Assembly (NCBI GenBank): GCA_024408075.1
Contig: JAKSVK010000006.1
Location: 1-62,580, forward strand
DNA length: 62,580 nucleotides
Direction of reading: 5' to 3'
Origin: Bacilli bacterium
GTDB taxonomy: Bacteria; Bacillota_I; Bacilli_A; RFN20; CAG-826
Part shown: piece after piece, positions 60,811 through 62,580 of the stretch
Position numbering within the stretch: position 1 is the first letter of the stretch
Layout: each line of letters opens with the position of its first letter
Translations under genes and position numbers: made by a program
Notes under the pieces: generated by a model
What the model saw: only the letters and a program-made list of their open reading frames with translations
The model's database searches: none
Told to the model about the DNA's origin: nothing

Positions 60811-61200
60811 CTAATTTTTATCAGTAATATAAACAACAACCATGCTAACAATTGAAACGGTGTACATTCCAATGAAAGCAAATAAGTTAAGATATGGTTT
60901 GTCCCATCTGTAATACATAAAACCAATGATGAGAGAACAAGCAATCAAAACAACGAATTTCAAAATAATGAAAATCATTGTGAAGGTTGAAGAATTATTT
61001 TGTTTATCTTTGTTTTCTCCAAGACCTTGGAATGCATATATCGCGCTCATTAACAAGCCACCAAAAGCGATTCCATTTGGTAAATGCATCATCCCAATTA
61101 TGTAAAAATAGATAGTTGCTAAAAAGCCAATTATCGTAAATAACAATGTTAAAACTGAAACTTTATAGCATTTATCTAGTTTTAAAAACCACTTTTTCAT
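60811..61200 (-). CDS. Probable AtpI-like 4-TM protein
   Basis: 129 aa, four TM helices, immediately upstream of atpB. Confidence 0.6.
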   Translation of the reverse strand: MKKWFLKLDKCYKVSVLTLLFTIIGFLATIYFYIIGMMHLPNGIAFGGLLMSAIYAFQGLGENKDKQNNSSTFTMIFIILKFVVLIACSLIIGFMYYRWDKPYLNLFAFIGMYTVSIVSMVVVYITDKN

Positions 61201-62399
61201 TTAACAAGTACCTTTTTCCATTTGGCCATTGTTGCAATGCCGTTTTTGGTTTTTAATTCACATTCACCTTCAATAAGTGGAGCGACATAATCTCTAAATT
61301 CTTGGCTCATTCTTGTATCGTCAATCATCATTGAAGGCTTAATTACGCTTTCAGCGTTAGCGACTAAAGATAAATCTGCTAATTCGTAGTCAATTTTATA
61401 TGGTTTTTGGCTAACTCTTTTAAAGATAACCATCTTACCAGTCACTCCTTCAAGTGCGGCCTTAACTGCTCTAGTTCCTGTTTCAATTGCTTCTTCTCTA
61501 TCAACTTTTGAAATTGCTAAAGGACAAGCTCTTTGAGTTAATGAAAATTCAACTGCTCTTGTTGGGAGATTTAATCTAGATTCAATAATCTCACAAAGTC
61601 CAGCAGCAGCACCACCGAGTTGAGCATGGCCAAAACCATCAACTCTGGTGTTTTTATTGCTTCTTTCAAATTCAATGCCTTCAGAAATACAAACCATAGC
61701 ATAACCTTTGGTTTCGTAAACTTTTTTAACATCTACTAAGAATTTTTCTAAATCAAATTTATTTTCAGGAATATAAATCAAATGTGGTCTAGTTTCTTCA
61801 GGAAGTAAATCAGCAGCTGCAGTTAACCAACCTGCATTTCTTCCCATAACTTCAACAACGTGGACTTTTCCTACCTTAAAACAGCAAGCATCCATACTAA
61901 GAGCATTAACTGTATTGACAACAAATTTCGCAGCGCTTGGAAAACCAAGTGAGTGATCAGTACATGCTAAATCGTTATCGATTGTTTTTGGAACTCCAAT
62001 GACTCTAATGTCAAGATTAAGTTCTCCACAGAGTTGAGATAATTTATAACAAGTGTCCATTGAATCGTTTCCACCATTGACGAAAACATACTTAATTTCA
62101 TGTTTCTTCATGGTTTCAACAATGTTCATATAAATTGGATCATGAACATCTTTTGGAAGTTTTCTTCTTGTTGTTCCTAATATACTACCTGGTGTTTGAA
62201 GAAGAAGTTCAATTTGCTCATCATCTTCCTTATTAATATCTATTAATTTATCATCGATCATTCCTTCGATTCCATTGAGTGAACCATAGATATGATCAAT
62301 TTCTTTTGAATGCTTTTTAGCTTCTTTAATTGCTCCATAAAGAGAGGTGTTGATAACACTAGTTGGACCTCCCGATTGAATGTAAACCATATTTTTCAT
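61197..62399 (-). CDS. pfp: Pyrophosphate-dependent phosphofructokinase (diphosphate--fructose-6-phosphate 1-phosphotransferase)
   Basis: QSGGPTSVIN, GGNDS (Asp at the PPi-determining position), PKTIDND, EVMGRNAGWL. Confidence 0.85.
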   Translation of the reverse strand: MKNMVYIQSGGPTSVINTSLYGAIKEAKKHSKEIDHIYGSLNGIEGMIDDKLIDINKEDDEQIELLLQTPGSILGTTRRKLPKDVHDPIYMNIVETMKKHEIKYVFVNGGNDSMDTCYKLSQLCGELNLDIRVIGVPKTIDNDLACTDHSLGFPSAAKFVVNTVNALSMDACCFKVGKVHVVEVMGRNAGWLTAAADLLPEETRPHLIYIPENKFDLEKFLVDVKKVYETKGYAMVCISEGIEFERSNKNTRVDGFGHAQLGGAAAGLCEIIESRLNLPTRAVEFSLTQRACPLAISKVDREEAIETGTRAVKAALEGVTGKMVIFKRVSQKPYKIDYELADLSLVANAESVIKPSMMIDDTRMSQEFRDYVAPLIEGECELKTKNGIATMAKWKKVLVK

Positions 62400-62554
62400 T
62401 TTGATGTATCTCCTTAAATTTCATTTAATATTATCTAAAAATTTCCTTTATTTTTCAAGAAAAATAGGACGAAATCACATAAATATCGATTTTCTTGTTA
62501 AAAACGTGATTATAATATAGAATAATCTTGCAATTAGTATTGGAAGGAGAAACT

Positions 62555-62580
62555 ATGTCATTCACAATTACTTTTAATGG
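62555..62580 (+). CDS. 5' end of an unidentified gene (MSFTITFN...), truncated by the window
   Basis: ATG at 62555 after a GAAGGAG RBS. Confidence 0.5.

Overview
62.6 kb of AT-rich core chromosome from a low-GC, streamlined Bacilli-type bacterium. TGA is used as a stop, so this is genetic code 11, not Mycoplasma code 4. Placement near the uncultured gut/rumen Erysipelotrichales/RFN20/RF39-like lineages is inference only. No mobile element, CRISPR array, rRNA or tRNA was seen. 1-12.2 kb is a minus-strand starch/maltodextrin locus: an Ig-stalked solute-binding lipoprotein, MalF/MalG permeases, an 849-aa MalK with a coiled-coil/extra-TOBE extension, two orphan lipoproteins, an Ig-stalked CBM-GH13 amylase lipoprotein and a further CBM-like lipoprotein. 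The rest is housekeeping: ackA-nrnA-dnaE-polA-[mutM-coaE fusion]; an inverted dnaB-dnaI pair behind a DnaA-box cluster; pfkA-thrS-L20 leader-infC-rpmI-rplT; ezrA-iscS-thiI; S4 leader-rpsD-tyrS; glgCDA-leuS-coaX-pepV-trmB-pncB; rpmB; and a ~15 kb minus-strand run pfp-atpIBEFHAGDC-ppa-trmL-gmk-rsmB(degenerate)-rlmN-prpC-prkC-rpe. The most notable oddities are the starch-capture locus, an F1Fo ATP synthase with a lipoprotein-type b subunit and a two-carboxylate Na+-type c subunit bracketed by PPi-PFK and pyrophosphatase, a full-length but catalytically dead RsmB, and a soluble non-RD PrkC. All calls come from reading motifs by eye; no searches were run.
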